Source: Deltaproteobacteria bacterium (GTDB lineage: Bacteria > Myxococcota_A > Polyangia > Polyangiales > Houyiibacteriaceae). Taken from it: a DNA stretch of 64,000 bases. Below, piece after piece: positions 1-12,705 of the stretch (positions are counted from its first letter, which is position 1; every line of letters starts with the position of its first letter). The translations under genes and the position numbers were made by a program. The stretch is taken from assembly GCA_034670305.1 (NCBI GenBank), contig JAXMNT010000022.1, forward strand, positions 57,545 through 121,544, in the 5' to 3' direction. The notes under the pieces are model-generated. The model was not told the origin of the DNA. It saw nothing but the letters and a program-made list of their open reading frames with translations, and ran no database searches.

Positions 1-1
1 G

Positions 2-2175
<2,174 letters not shown>

Positions 2176-2179
<4 letters not shown>

Positions 2180-3543
2180 GCGCAGTGGGTGGGACAGCAC
2201 GAGCGGTGGTGTGTGCCGCAGCGCTTCTGTGCGGCGGACTCTGGAGCGCACCCGCAAAGGCGCAGAACGAGCCACCACCACCCGACAGCATCGCCGGCAT
2301 CCACGTGCTGGAGCGCGCGGTGACCGAAGCAGCGCGGTCGTTGCTCGAAGGTGTGCCGCCGAGTGAGATCGTTCTGGAGTCGAGCTGGCCCTCCACCTCT
2401 ACCGAACCGTCGGCGCTCGACGCGCGGCTTCGCACCGCGGTTCGGCGGGCGGCAACCTCCGAGGGCGCCGGCGGTCCACCGCTGGTCGTGTCCGCGGAGG
2501 TCGTTCGTCGCGGCATCCGGGTCGAGTTGTCTCTCGCGACGCGGCTGCAGGATCGGAGCTGGGTCCGGCGTTTGTTCGTGGCGGCTTCTCCGGCCACGGT
2601 CCGCGTCGTCCAGGTGCCGCTCGATGCGTCGCTCCGCCGGTACGTCGCCGGCATCGCGCGGCTGACCAACGCCGGCGTGGTCGCGATCGCGACGCCGCTT
2701 CCCGCCCGCGGCTACCTCGCAGCGCAAGTCGTGAACCTCGATGGCGAAGGGCCGGAGGAGCTCGTCTTGCTGCGCGATGGAGACGTCGAGGTGTTTCGGG
2801 TCGCACCCGGCGCCCGGGCGGTCCCGAGGATGCGCCGCATCGCCCGGGTGCCTCTGCCGAGGTCTCCGCGTCCGGGCCACGGGACGCCCCGCCCCTTCGG
2901 TACGCTCTCGGTGGACACGGCGCCCGATGGGTCCGTGTCGTTGCTCGCGCGGGTGCGTTCCCGTGCTTCGGTGACGCGCATCCACATGCGCGACGGGGAG
3001 GTCGAGGCCACCGAGGCCACCGACCCGTGTCCTGCGCTCGGCCACCCCCTCGAAGACGCGTGCGCGGTGCCGGTGGATGCGCGCGACTACTTCGCCTCCG
3101 AACTGATGGCCCGCGTGGGCCACTCCACCCCGCCCCGCGCGCCGACTTCGTTTCTATCGCGCCGGCTCGCGCAGGTGGTGCGCGCCGACGGCACCACCGA
3201 CCGGGTCGAGGCCGTCGTGACACCGCGGGGAAGGCTGGTCGTGCAAACGGGGACCCGCGCCGTCGGTGTGGCCGGCCATGGCGCGGCGTTCGGCATGGCC
3301 GACTTGGACGACGACGGCATGCTGGAGCTGCTCGCGAGTTCCGCGGCGCCGATCGGCGAACCGGATCGGCTGACGCTCTACCGGGTGACCGACGCGGGCG
3401 GCATGCGCACGCTCTGGCGCTCGGATCCGATCGCCGGTTCGGTGCTCGTGGGCACCCATGGGGACTTGGACGGCGACGGTCGGCCGGAACTCTTCGCGAT
3501 CGAAGAGGGCGCCGAAGGCACCCAGCTGTGGTGGGTGCGCTGA
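2176..3543 (+). CDS. Secreted protein with FG-GAP/VCBS-like repeats
   Basis: ATG overlaps the PBP1A stop (ATGA); signal peptide ending AKA-Q; motifs NLDGEGPEELV, ADLDDDGMLELL and GDLDGDGRPELF. Confidence 0.75.
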
Positions 3544-4946
3544 TGGGGCAGACCGCGCGGCGGAACCCGCATCGATGGGTGTCTTCGTGTGCGACCGCCG
3601 CCGCTGTGCTGACAGCCGCGGCCGCGCTCGCGACGCCAGCACGGGGCGCGCTGCCGACGACCTACGGCGGCCGGTTCACCGTGCCCTCGCTGACCGCCCT
3701 GCGGCTTCCGGATCCGCGCACCGCCTCGACGGCCCTCGAGTCGGCGCTCGCCCGCGCGGTCTACGACACGCTCTACACGAGCGACCTGTCCGGAGAGCCG
3801 ACCCCCTCGCTCGCGGCGTACTTGCCGGAACGGGAAGAGAGCGTCGACGGCGCACCGCCACGGTTCCGGGTCCAGCTCCGCGGCGACGTGCGCCGACACG
3901 ACCGGCGGACGTTGAGCGCGGACGACGTGGTGCAGTCGCTCCGCGCGGCTGCACGGTCGAGTGCCAAACCGTGGCTCGTGGGCCTTGGTCCTTCGCTGGC
4001 GGAGCCGGATGTCCGGGCGGTCGACCCGCTGACGCTCAGCTTCGCGTGGCGTGGGTCGGCGCGCGCACTGGCGGTGCGGCTCTCCGCGTTGCCGCTCTCG
4101 ATCGTGCACCGCCGCGGCGGCACCGGCCCGTACCGAGCGCGACTGCGTTCGGGCGAACTTCACCTCTCGCAGTTCCGTGCCGCCGCCCGGGGCGCGCCCT
4201 ACGTACGCACGATCGTCGTGCGGCCGCCCGAGGATCGCGAACAAGAACTGCGCTCGTTCGAGCTCGAGCGGGCAGACGCGTCCTGGCGCGGCGCCGCGCT
4301 CTACGGACAGCCGAGGCGTCCGGTGCAGCGACTCGATTGGCCCGATGAGATCCCCGTGTTGCTCGTGCTCGGCCCTCGGGCCCAGCCGCACGCGGCGGCG
4401 CTCGACCGGGCGATCGATCGTCGGCGGCTCGCGCGCGTGGGCCTCGTGCCGACCGACGCGTTGGCTCCGGGCGTGCCTACCGCTCGACTGACCGGCACCG
4501 CGCCGACCGGCCCGCTGCGGCTGGTCGTGCGTGCCGACGATCAGTTTCAGCGGGCGCTCGCGTCTGCGCTCGACGCCCGGTTCGACGAAGAGGGGTGGGA
4601 TCTCGAGGTCGCCGCGCTCGAAGCCAGCCGGTATGCGCGCGCACTCTCGGCGGGAACGTGGGACCTTCGTGTGGTGCAAGCGCCTCCAGCACTGCCGGAC
4701 CCCGTCTCTCGTGTGGCGAGTGTGCTCGTGGCCGTCGGAGACGGTGGTGGCGCCGCCCGCGTCTTGAGTGAAGGCACCGCCGGGCTGGCGCACGCGGGCC
4801 GTTCGCTGCGCGCGATCCTTCTGGGTCGACGCGACTTGCAACTGCACGCGGTGGGCAGCTTGCGCGGCGCCTCGTTCGATGTGCTCGGGCGACTCCGGTT
4901 CGAGCGTCTGCACGTGGTGCTGGATCCCGAGGAACCGGAGGAGTGA
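3543..4946 (+). CDS. Family 5 (peptide/nickel-type) extracellular solute-binding-like protein
   Basis: TGATG coupling to the upstream gene; signal peptide; SBP5-like segments VYDTLY, PSLAA, LRGDVRRHDRRTLSADDVVQSL and GTGPY. Confidence 0.7.
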   Translation: MGQTARRNPHRWVSSCATAAAVLTAAAALATPARGALPTTYGGRFTVPSLTALRLPDPRTASTALESALARAVYDTLYTSDLSGEPTPSLAAYLPEREESVDGAPPRFRVQLRGDVRRHDRRTLSADDVVQSLRAAARSSAKPWLVGLGPSLAEPDVRAVDPLTLSFAWRGSARALAVRLSALPLSIVHRRGGTGPYRARLRSGELHLSQFRAAARGAPYVRTIVVRPPEDREQELRSFELERADASWRGAALYGQPRRPVQRLDWPDEIPVLLVLGPRAQPHAAALDRAIDRRRLARVGLVPTDALAPGVPTARLTGTAPTGPLRLVVRADDQFQRALASALDARFDEEGWDLEVAALEASRYARALSAGTWDLRVVQAPPALPDPVSRVASVLVAVGDGGGAARVLSEGTAGLAHAGRSLRAILLGRRDLQLHAVGSLRGASFDVLGRLRFERLHVVLDPEEPEE

Positions 4947-6679
4947 ACCTCCGTCTGCGGCTCTTCTTGCTCTTCCTCGTGGCGGCGTTCGTGCCGCTGG
5001 GCGCGTTCGGGTACGTGGTGCAGTCCGGGCTCGTCGAACAACTCGAAGAGGATCACCGCCGGCAACTCGAGACCCGCGCGTCGTCGGCCCGCCGCCGCAT
5101 CGACGAGATGCGTGCCGCGGATCGGCGCGCGGTGGATGCGCTCTGCGAACACGACCTGGTCATCGACCGGGTGCTGCTCGATCTCGCGACCGATCGTTTC
5201 GATCCGGCGGCGGAACAGAACCTCGTGGCGCTCTTGCCGCCGATGATGCGCGGCCGCCGTTTCGACACGCTGCACCTCGTGGACGCGCGCTCCGGCGCCG
5301 ACCGCGGGCGGGTGCTGGGGGCCGGCCACCATCCGGAACAGGTCGGCATGCGCGCGCCCGAGCTCCTCGACGCGCTCACCCGGGCTCAGGATCGTGCGTT
5401 CGTGCAGAACGTTCGGGTGGTGGATCCGTCCGGCACCCACGAAGAACGCACCTGGCTCGCGGGCTGCATGGTCCAGCGCGACGGAGCCGCGATCGCGGTG
5501 CTCGGCGGGCGGTTTCTGCGCGACGACCTCGCCCAGACGCTGCTCGGAGACATCAGCCCGGTGAGCCTGGGCCTCGAGGCGGTGCTCGACGACGCGGGGG
5601 CGGAGACGATCGCGACCTTCGACGACGCGTCCGGGGACCCGGTCGTGGCGCTTGTGGCCACGATCGACGACGCGCCGTTGCGCGCAGGGGTCGACGCGAT
5701 GCGCGAGCGCAGTCTGCTCATCGCGCTCGGCGCGCTCGCGGCCGCCCTGCTGATGGCGTTGCTCGTCACGTGGTCGCTCACGCGTCCGCTTCGCGAACTG
5801 GAAGAGGCGACCCGCCGCGTCGCCGGGGGTGATCTCGAATCGCAGGTGTCCGAACGCACCGGTGAGGTCGGTCGCACGATGCGCGCGTTCAACGAGATGA
5901 CCAAAGAGCTCGCGAGCACCCGCACCAAGTTGCTCCGCGCCGAACGCATCGCCGCGTGGCGGGAAGTCGCGCGGCGGATCGCGCACGAGATCAAGAACCC
6001 GCTGCAACCGATCCAGATGGAGATCGAGACGATGCGCAAACTCCATGCGCGCAAACACCCGAGCTTCGACGAGGAGTTCGGACCCTCGACACTGGTGATC
6101 CTCGAAGAGGTGCGCCGCCTCAACGAGATGGTCACCGAGTTCAGCAAGTTTGCGCGTTTGCCGCGTCCAAACGCAGAAGCCCTCGATCTGCGCGAGGTGG
6201 TCGAACATGTGGCGAGTCTCCATGGCAGCTCCGGGGCGTCGCTCGAGGTCGAGTCGCCGGACGAGCCGCTGGTGGTGCGGGCCGACCGGTCCCAGTTCAC
6301 GCAGGTGCTGGTGAACCTCGTCCAGAACGCCGGCGATGCGGCCGAGAGCCGCCACGGCGCCACCGGCGGCACGGTGCGACTCGTGCTCACGCCCACCGAG
6401 GACGGAGCCGAGTTGCGCATCGAGGACAACGGGCCCGGCATCGCGCCCGACGATCGTCTGAAGGTCTTCGAGCCCTACTTCACGACCAAGGCCAAGGGCA
6501 CCGGACTCGGTCTGGCGATCGTGCACCGCATCGTCGGGGACCACGGGGGCAGCGTCGATGTGGAAGATGGGATCGACGGAGGCGCCGCGTTTGTGATCCA
6601 GCTCCCACGCTCCGGACCGCCGCAGGAGATCGCCGCGAGCCTCTCCGACACCGCGTTGCCGCTCGGGCGCCCGGAGTGA
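4943..6679 (+). CDS. Membrane sensor histidine kinase (HAMP-HisKA-HATPase, NtrY-like)
   Basis: Two TM segments, HAMP domain, H-box IAHEIKNPL, N-box NLVQNA, DNGPGI, FEPYFTTK and GTGLGL; GTGA overlap with the upstream gene. Confidence 0.93.
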   Translation: MNLRLRLFLLFLVAAFVPLGAFGYVVQSGLVEQLEEDHRRQLETRASSARRRIDEMRAADRRAVDALCEHDLVIDRVLLDLATDRFDPAAEQNLVALLPPMMRGRRFDTLHLVDARSGADRGRVLGAGHHPEQVGMRAPELLDALTRAQDRAFVQNVRVVDPSGTHEERTWLAGCMVQRDGAAIAVLGGRFLRDDLAQTLLGDISPVSLGLEAVLDDAGAETIATFDDASGDPVVALVATIDDAPLRAGVDAMRERSLLIALGALAAALLMALLVTWSLTRPLRELEEATRRVAGGDLESQVSERTGEVGRTMRAFNEMTKELASTRTKLLRAERIAAWREVARRIAHEIKNPLQPIQMEIETMRKLHARKHPSFDEEFGPSTLVILEEVRRLNEMVTEFSKFARLPRPNAEALDLREVVEHVASLHGSSGASLEVESPDEPLVVRADRSQFTQVLVNLVQNAGDAAESRHGATGGTVRLVLTPTEDGAELRIEDNGPGIAPDDRLKVFEPYFTTKAKGTGLGLAIVHRIVGDHGGSVDVEDGIDGGAAFVIQLPRSGPPQEIAASLSDTALPLGRPE

Positions 6680-6764
6680 TCCGGTCTCGCGAACGAGGGC
6701 CGTGGCAAGGAATGGGTGTGGCCCTCGAGACGTCGGTCCGGGGCAAAAAGTCCGTGCGCTGGGG

Positions 6765-6780
6765 TGGCACCGTTCCTGCT
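6765..6780 (+). promoter_or_regulatory. Putative sigma54 (-24/-12) promoter
   Basis: TGGCACCGTTCCTGCT: GG-N10-GC with exact spacing, 66 bp upstream of ATG 6846. Confidence 0.6.
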
Positions 6781-6845
6781 TTGAAACGGGCCAGCCCACG
6801 GCGCGTACGGTGAACCAGCGCGCGGGCGCAGAGGAGCAACGGTCG

Positions 6846-7769
6846 ATGAGATGGATTCAGAGCGCAGCGGCGCACACGCGAAACGGCTTGGGGCTTCTCG
6901 GGTCGGTGGCGCTCCTCGCATTCGGTGGCACCGGATGCGGAGACGCGCCGGGTCTCGACTTTCCGCCCGACCCGCTCGGTGAGATCGACCCGACGCCCGA
7001 CCCCAGCTGCACGGCGACCTGGACGGTGGGTGCGCGTGGTCGGATCGTGGACGAAACGGGCGTCGGGGTCGAAGGCGCCCGTCCCCAGATGTGCCTGCGC
7101 TTGGAAGACGAGACGCTGCTCTGCCTCGTCCCTCCGGTCACCGACGCCGAGGGGTACTTTCATCAGGCGTTCACCTCCGAGATCCCGGGCGAGGAGCCGC
7201 GCTGTCTTCAGGAGATCGCCGTGCGCGCGTTGTTGCCGAATGCCGGGTTTGCGACGACCTACTGCCATGCATCGCTGACCCCGGAGAACGGCGTCTTGAC
7301 CCTCGACGATCCGGTGGTGCTCTACGAGGTCGCCCCCGCCACGTTGCCGCCACAAGGCGATCGCGAAGCGGTGCGCGAGGTGACGCTCGACGACGGGCTC
7401 GTGCTCGATGTGGTTCCGAGTGCGTTCTTCGGAGACTACGAGCGGCTCTCAGCCCAGCGGCATTCGGTCGCCTCGCCCCCGTGCTTCGCCCGTGGGGCCG
7501 ACTTGCTCGGGCTCTACGCCTTCACCCCCGAGGTTCGGGTGGACCCAGGGTTTCGGGTGCGCATCCCCAACCGCCACGGTCTCGAAGAGGGTGCCCGGGT
7601 GGAACTGCTCCTCCTGGGCGGTCTCGAGACCATCCTGCCGGACGAGCGGCTCATCGCCGAGGCGGACTTCGAGGTCTTCGGCACGGCGACGGTTCGCGAT
7701 GGGTTCATCGAGTCCGACGTCGGCAGCGAGCTGCCCTACCTGACCTGGCTTGGATACCGACGTCTGTGA
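6846..7769 (+). CDS. Hypothetical lipoprotein (carboxypeptidase-regulatory-like/Ig-like N-terminal region)
   Basis: GAGGAG RBS before ATG 6846; hydrophobic leader ending GTG-C; ARGRIVDETGVGVEGA resembles a CarboxypepD_reg strand. Confidence 0.65.
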   Translation: MRWIQSAAAHTRNGLGLLGSVALLAFGGTGCGDAPGLDFPPDPLGEIDPTPDPSCTATWTVGARGRIVDETGVGVEGARPQMCLRLEDETLLCLVPPVTDAEGYFHQAFTSEIPGEEPRCLQEIAVRALLPNAGFATTYCHASLTPENGVLTLDDPVVLYEVAPATLPPQGDREAVREVTLDDGLVLDVVPSAFFGDYERLSAQRHSVASPPCFARGADLLGLYAFTPEVRVDPGFRVRIPNRHGLEEGARVELLLLGGLETILPDERLIAEADFEVFGTATVRDGFIESDVGSELPYLTWLGYRRL

Positions 7770-7888
7770 GTTAACCAACGGTCGTGTGCCACTTTTCTGA
7801 CCGTCGGCCCACTACGGCACGATCGACGATATGACGACACCAGATGTAACACCCTGATTTGACGGGATGTTTTCGTTCTGATGAGTGT

Positions 7889-7904
7889 TGGCACGAACGT
7901 GGCA
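7889..7904 (+). promoter_or_regulatory. Putative sigma54 (-24/-12) promoter
   Basis: TGGCACGAACGTGGCA: GG-N10-GC, preceded by a comparatively AT-rich intergenic stretch (7770-7888). Confidence 0.5.
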
Positions 7905-7918
7905 CTGGTTGGCGTCGT

Positions 7919-8848
7919 ATGTCTCGCTGCGCCACCTCCGGTCTCCCATCTTGGCTCAGCGCACACCTCGCGGCACCGTTTGCGGTGCTGGCAGTGCTGG
8001 CTTCGGGAACCGCGGTGCTGGCTTCGGGCATCGCAGTGCTGGCCTTGCTCGGCGGCTGTTCGAGCAGCCTGAGCACCCTCCAGCCCGCCCGCTTGGTCCC
8101 CGCCGGCCACACCCAGCTCAGTACTTCGGTGCGGGTCACCCCGCCCACGGGGATCTCCGGAGAGACGCTGGACTCGGTGCGGGCCCTCGAGGGGGTTGGA
8201 CGGCGGCCGACGCCCGTCCAGCTCGAACAGATCGCCACCGCCGCGACCGCAGCGGTGGTCCAGCCCCCGAGCGCGGACGGCGAACTCGCGCTCGCCTATG
8301 GGCTCTCGGAGCGGTTCGAACTCGACGCCCGGGTCGGCAGCACGAGCGCGGGCCTCGGCCTGCGGGTGCAGCTGCTTCGGGTGCGTCCGGGCATCTACGC
8401 CGCGGTCGGCGCGATGGCCTCCCTCTCGTTCAACGAGTTCCCGGTCGAGCGCTTCACCGACCGGGCCCGGGTGGAGTCGTTTCGCCGTCAGGACTTCGCG
8501 TTTCCGCTGACGCTTGGGTACAGCCGGCGACGGATCCATCTCTGGGGCGGGCCGAAGGTCGTGCTCTCCCGATTCCGCTCCAACATCGCGGCCTGCATGA
8601 ACCGGCGTGACTCGGGATGCGCGGGCGAGGCGGAGCTGCGGGCATCGGGGTTCGCGACCTACGTCGCGGGACAGTTCGGACTCGCCGTCGGCTCGAACCG
8701 CTTCTGGGTGGCGGCGGAGCTCACCGTGGCACGCGCCCGCATTCGGGCCGATCTGGACGTCGAGATGGGCGGGTCCTCGATGCAGGGCAACTTCGATCGG
8801 CGCGGCATGGTGCTCACGCCGGCGGTCGGCCTGATCCTCTGGCTCTAG
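7919..8848 (+). CDS. Hypothetical lipoprotein / outer-membrane beta-barrel-like protein (start uncertain)
   Basis: Lipobox LGG-C followed by SSSLSTLQPAR; amphipathic beta-strand pattern; ends in an aromatic-containing strand (GLILWL). Confidence 0.6.
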   Translation: MSRCATSGLPSWLSAHLAAPFAVLAVLASGTAVLASGIAVLALLGGCSSSLSTLQPARLVPAGHTQLSTSVRVTPPTGISGETLDSVRALEGVGRRPTPVQLEQIATAATAAVVQPPSADGELALAYGLSERFELDARVGSTSAGLGLRVQLLRVRPGIYAAVGAMASLSFNEFPVERFTDRARVESFRRQDFAFPLTLGYSRRRIHLWGGPKVVLSRFRSNIAACMNRRDSGCAGEAELRASGFATYVAGQFGLAVGSNRFWVAAELTVARARIRADLDVEMGGSSMQGNFDRRGMVLTPAVGLILWL

Positions 8849-9015
8849 CTTCTTGCCACTGCGGGGCCCGGCTCGCTTCGCAAGACCTGGCAACTGCGTG
8901 GATCCAGACGCTCCTATTGGCGCTCGGTGTTCACTGTAGTCGTGCACCAGTTGCTCGCCCTACGGGCTGCAGGTGCACACGCGGAGAGGCCTGACTCGCT
9001 CACCCAGGGCGATGC

Positions 9016-10281
9016 CTACTCGGTGAGCCGAGCGGCGCGGCGGCGGACCGTGGCTCGGTCCATGCCGAGGATGCGCGCCGCGGCCGCGTAGTTGCCGCCG
9101 GTGTGGGCGAGCACGCGGCCGATGTACCAGTCGTCGACTTCCCGGAGCGTGGCGCTGCCTTCCTGGATCGGTCGCGGGGGCACCGAAGGATCGAGCACCA
9201 CGCGCTCGGAGAGTTCCGGTTCGAACCCGAGCATGACACTGCGCAGCAGGTTGAAGAGTTCGCGCACGTTGCCGGTCCACGGCAGCGCGCGGTGAGACAC
9301 CTCCTCCAGCCAGCGCTCGGTCCGTTCGCGCACGGCGGGCAGCGCGCCCGGGGCCACGTAGAGATCGAGAAAGGAGCGGCCGAGCGCGGGGATGTCCTCG
9401 CGGCGTTCCCGAAGCGGCGGCAGCCGGATCACGTGGCCGGCGAGCCGCTGGTAGAGATCGCGGCGGAACGCACCTTCGATCACCATCGCTTCCAGGTCCT
9501 TGTGCGTCGCCGCCACGTAGCGAACATCCGCTTCGAAGGGCGTGTCGGTGCCGAGCGGCGTCACGAGATCCGTCTCCATCACGCGGAGCAACTTCACCTG
9601 AGTCTCGGTGGGCAGGTCGCCGACTTCATCCAAGAAGAAGCACCCGCCGCGCGCGCTCCGGATCTGTCCGCGCCGGTCCGCGGTGGCGCCGGTGAACGCC
9701 CCCTTCTGATGCCCGAAGAGCTCGCTCTCGATGAGGCCGTGGGGAACGGCGGCTGCGTTGAGGGCGGCGCGTGGTGCGCCTTCGGGCGCATCGCTCGGCA
9801 GCGCTTCTTGGATCGCGTGCGCGATCAGCTCCTTGCCCGTCCCGGTCTCGCCCGTGACGAGCACGTCGTGATCCATGATCACCCGTTCGAGGGTGAGCGC
9901 GTGGTGCAGCGACTCACCGAAACACGCCGCCCAGGTCTCGGCGCGCACCCGTTCGAGGGCCGCCGACGAACCGACGAGGCGACGAAGCGCCCGATGGCAG
10001 CGTCGGGCACCTTGGACGATTCGCCAGTAAGCCTCCGGTGGTCGCGGCAATTTCTTCCAGACCCGATCTGCGAGCTCCAGCTCGGGCGGGAGCCCGCGCA
10101 GCGCCGCGCCGTGCGACAGGCCGAGCAGCACGCGCTCGGCGTCCTCGATCCCAGACGACTCGAGCGTCTCCATCACCGACCGGTGCACGTTCGCCTCGGC
10201 CGCGAACGCAAGCGCCGCCGTCCACGCCCCCGGATCCTGTGCAAAAGGGTTGCGGGCGAGCTGTTCCAGATAGAGCGACAT
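9016..10281 (-). CDS. Sigma54-dependent Fis-family transcriptional activator (bEBP)
   Basis: Walker [22 protein letters not shown], Walker [23 protein letters not shown] and C-terminal Fis HTH ([12 protein letters not shown]). Confidence 0.93.
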   Translation of the reverse strand: MSLYLEQLARNPFAQDPGAWTAALAFAAEANVHRSVMETLESSGIEDAERVLLGLSHGAALRGLPPELELADRVWKKLPRPPEAYWRIVQGARRCHRALRRLVGSSAALERVRAETWAACFGESLHHALTLERVIMDHDVLVTGETGTGKELIAHAIQEALPSDAPEGAPRAALNAAAVPHGLIESELFGHQKGAFTGATADRRGQIRSARGGCFFLDEVGDLPTETQVKLLRVMETDLVTPLGTDTPFEADVRYVAATHKDLEAMVIEGAFRRDLYQRLAGHVIRLPPLRERREDIPALGRSFLDLYVAPGALPAVRERTERWLEEVSHRALPWTGNVRELFNLLRSVMLGFEPELSERVVLDPSVPPRPIQEGSATLREVDDWYIGRVLAHTGGNYAAAARILGMDRATVRRRAARLTE

Positions 10282-10381
10282 AGGAGCGGACTATGGCATT
10301 CGGTCGCGCCGTCGAGAATCGTCCGCGTGTTCGACGCAGGAAGGTGGCGCTGCCCCCCTCGGATTTGGCACCCTACGTTCC

Positions 10382-11104
10382 ATGAAGAGCTTCGTTATTC
10401 TTGGGTTCCTTGCGATCTGGGCCGCGCTGCTCACGACCGCTCCGGCGCTCGCCCAGTCCGACGAGCGCGGTCGGCTGCATTTCCAGGCCGGCGCGTCCTA
10501 CTACGAGGCCGGCGACTACGAAGACGCCCTGCGCGAGTTCTCGAGGGCGCAGGAGTTGAGCGGCAAACCCGAGCTCTTCTACAACATCTCCCTCTGCCAT
10601 CAGCAGCTCGGCGACATGGAGCAGGCGATCGTCTCCCTCGAGACGTACCTGGCCCAAGTGGACGAGATCGAGAACCGCACCAACCTGGAACGGCGCCTCG
10701 CGAACTTCCGAGAACGTTTGGCGGAAGACGGCAGCGAAGAAGTCACCCCACCGGTGGAAGACCCCGAGCCGAACGGCGGGCCCAACGTCGGTGCGATCGT
10801 GGGATTTGGCGTCGCCGGGGCGGGCCTCGTGACCCTGGTGGTCTCGGGTGCGCTGGCGCTCTCGGAGAAGTCCGCACTCGAAGACCGCGGATGCGGGAAC
10901 ACGATGGAATGCGATGCGGGCGCCCTGCGCACCCGGTCGCTGGTCGCCGACATCGGACTGGGGCTGACCGTCGCGGGCGCCACGCTCGGCATGGTGATGT
11001 GGCTCCTCGGACGGGACGACGAATCGGACGACGCTGCGACCGTGAGCGTGTCTCCTTGGGCCGGTCCACAGGGCGCCGGCGCCTCGGTCACCGGTCGATT
11101 CTGA
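10382..11104 (+). CDS. Secreted TPR protein with C-terminal hydrophobic hairpin
   Basis: Signal peptide ALA-Q; TPR pattern GASYYEAGDYEDALREF...LFYNISLC...; Gly-rich hydrophobic C-terminus. Confidence 0.8.
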   Translation: MKSFVILGFLAIWAALLTTAPALAQSDERGRLHFQAGASYYEAGDYEDALREFSRAQELSGKPELFYNISLCHQQLGDMEQAIVSLETYLAQVDEIENRTNLERRLANFRERLAEDGSEEVTPPVEDPEPNGGPNVGAIVGFGVAGAGLVTLVVSGALALSEKSALEDRGCGNTMECDAGALRTRSLVADIGLGLTVAGATLGMVMWLLGRDDESDDAATVSVSPWAGPQGAGASVTGRF

Positions 11105-12684
11105 TGCGGACCACATCACAGACGGGGTGTGTGCGCTCGATGTTGGCAGTGGTCGCCGTCGGGTGCTTCGGATGTTCGCTGATCACGGATCCGGATTCGT
11201 TCGAATCCCTACCCGAAGGCGTCGACGCCGCGGGTGTGGATGGTGGCGGCGTGGACGCCGCGGTCGATGGCAGGGTGGAGAACGATGCTGGGGACGCGGA
11301 CCCATGCGGCATGACGTGCAGCAGTGCGCAGGTGTGTTTTGAGGGCGCGTGCGTCCAGTGCGTGACGACCGCGGACTGTGTGGAGGAACAGTACTGTTCG
11401 GACAACGTCTGCGCTTCTTGCGACGCAGACGGTGACGGTTTCGCAGCCCGCCCGGAATGCGGGACCGAGCGGCCCATCGACTGCGACGATTCGGACCCAG
11501 ACATCCAACCGGTGCTCACGTCCTGCGGGGGACTCACAGGGTGCCCGCTGCCCGGCACCAGCGCGCTGGGCCTGCCCATGCAGCGCTCGTTCGCGGAGGC
11601 GATGGGCCAGGTGGGCGGTGGGGTCGGACGTCCGAACCGCTCGACCAATCGCACCGATCCGCTCGCGCTCGTCCGCGAAGAGGATGGCGCCTGGACCGCC
11701 GCCTGGCTCACCGACCCCGACGCCTCCGCCGGGTTCTCGGACCTCGTGTTCGCCCGCATCGGCAGCAGCGAAGGGGTGTTCGCGTCGGACCAGACCCGCG
11801 CCGGCACCTTCGGTCTAACGAGCCTCATCGACGTCGAGATGAGCGACACAATCTCGGGGCTCGTCGCATTTGTCGGCAACGCATCCGATGCGCGGCTCTT
11901 GGAGCAGACGCCCGAAGGAATCTGGGAGGCGGATCCGGTCGTCGGGGATGGGCTGGGCCTCGACAGCGGCGCCGCCTACGGCCTGAACGGCGTGGTGTTC
12001 TGGCGCAAGGGCGACACTGGTCGCAGTGCGACCACTCGCGGCACGACCCAGTCTCCCAGCAGCGCGGAGCTCGAGGTCGTGGGGGGCGAGGTGGCCTCGG
12101 CGGGTGATCTGGCGATCACGCAAGGTCGGTCCGCGTTCGTGCTCTGGACCGACAGCACGCTGGCGCCGCGTCCCTTGCCGGGGTTGTTGCCCCTGGGCGA
12201 TCCTCGCATGGTGACCGCGGGCTTGAGTCTCCTCGCGGTCCTGCCCGGCGTGGAAGAAGGGAGTGGTCGAACGGGTACGTACGTCCTCGCGGTGGCTCCG
12301 ACCTGCGTTCCCGGCGGGGTGTGCGGTTCGCCCCGGGCCCTGGAGGGTCCCGATTCTTCGACGATGTTCGCGGTCGCTGCCAACGACGACTTTCTGTTCG
12401 TGGCGGACGTCCTATCGGAGCCGACTCAGGTACTTCTCTACGTCTTCTCGGTCGCCGACATCGAAGCCGGTGAGGGGGCGACGTTGACCCCGCTCGGTGC
12501 GCCGCGCCCCCTCTTCACTGGGCCTTCACCAGCGTTCGAAGGGGCCGTGGGTGCGATCGAGATGAGGGTGCATGAGACGTCTGCGCCGAACATGGTCGAA
12601 CTCTCGGTCTTGGTGTCGGCGGCGGAGACGCTGACGGGCATCGAATCCAATGCGTACCTGCACGTGATGCAGTTCTGCTTCTGA
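11104..12684 (+). CDS. Cys-rich lipoprotein with putative metal-binding (DxDGDG...DCDD) motif
   Basis: TGATG coupling; lipobox FG-C; DAG-rich linker; Cys cluster; CDADGDGF...DCDDSDPDIQP. Confidence 0.7.
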   Translation: MRTTSQTGCVRSMLAVVAVGCFGCSLITDPDSFESLPEGVDAAGVDGGGVDAAVDGRVENDAGDADPCGMTCSSAQVCFEGACVQCVTTADCVEEQYCSDNVCASCDADGDGFAARPECGTERPIDCDDSDPDIQPVLTSCGGLTGCPLPGTSALGLPMQRSFAEAMGQVGGGVGRPNRSTNRTDPLALVREEDGAWTAAWLTDPDASAGFSDLVFARIGSSEGVFASDQTRAGTFGLTSLIDVEMSDTISGLVAFVGNASDARLLEQTPEGIWEADPVVGDGLGLDSGAAYGLNGVVFWRKGDTGRSATTRGTTQSPSSAELEVVGGEVASAGDLAITQGRSAFVLWTDSTLAPRPLPGLLPLGDPRMVTAGLSLLAVLPGVEEGSGRTGTYVLAVAPTCVPGGVCGSPRALEGPDSSTMFAVAANDDFLFVADVLSEPTQVLLYVFSVADIEAGEGATLTPLGAPRPLFTGPSPAFEGAVGAIEMRVHETSAPNMVELSVLVSAAETLTGIESNAYLHVMQFCF

Positions 12685-12705
12685 TCGAGCAGATCGAGCA
12701 GCTTC

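Noticed and set aside
7991-8043. 21-bp tandem repeat encoding AVLASGT/AVLASGI
   Set aside because: Short local duplication in a signal peptide with no wider pattern; a similar trivial duplication occurs at about 42840-42880.
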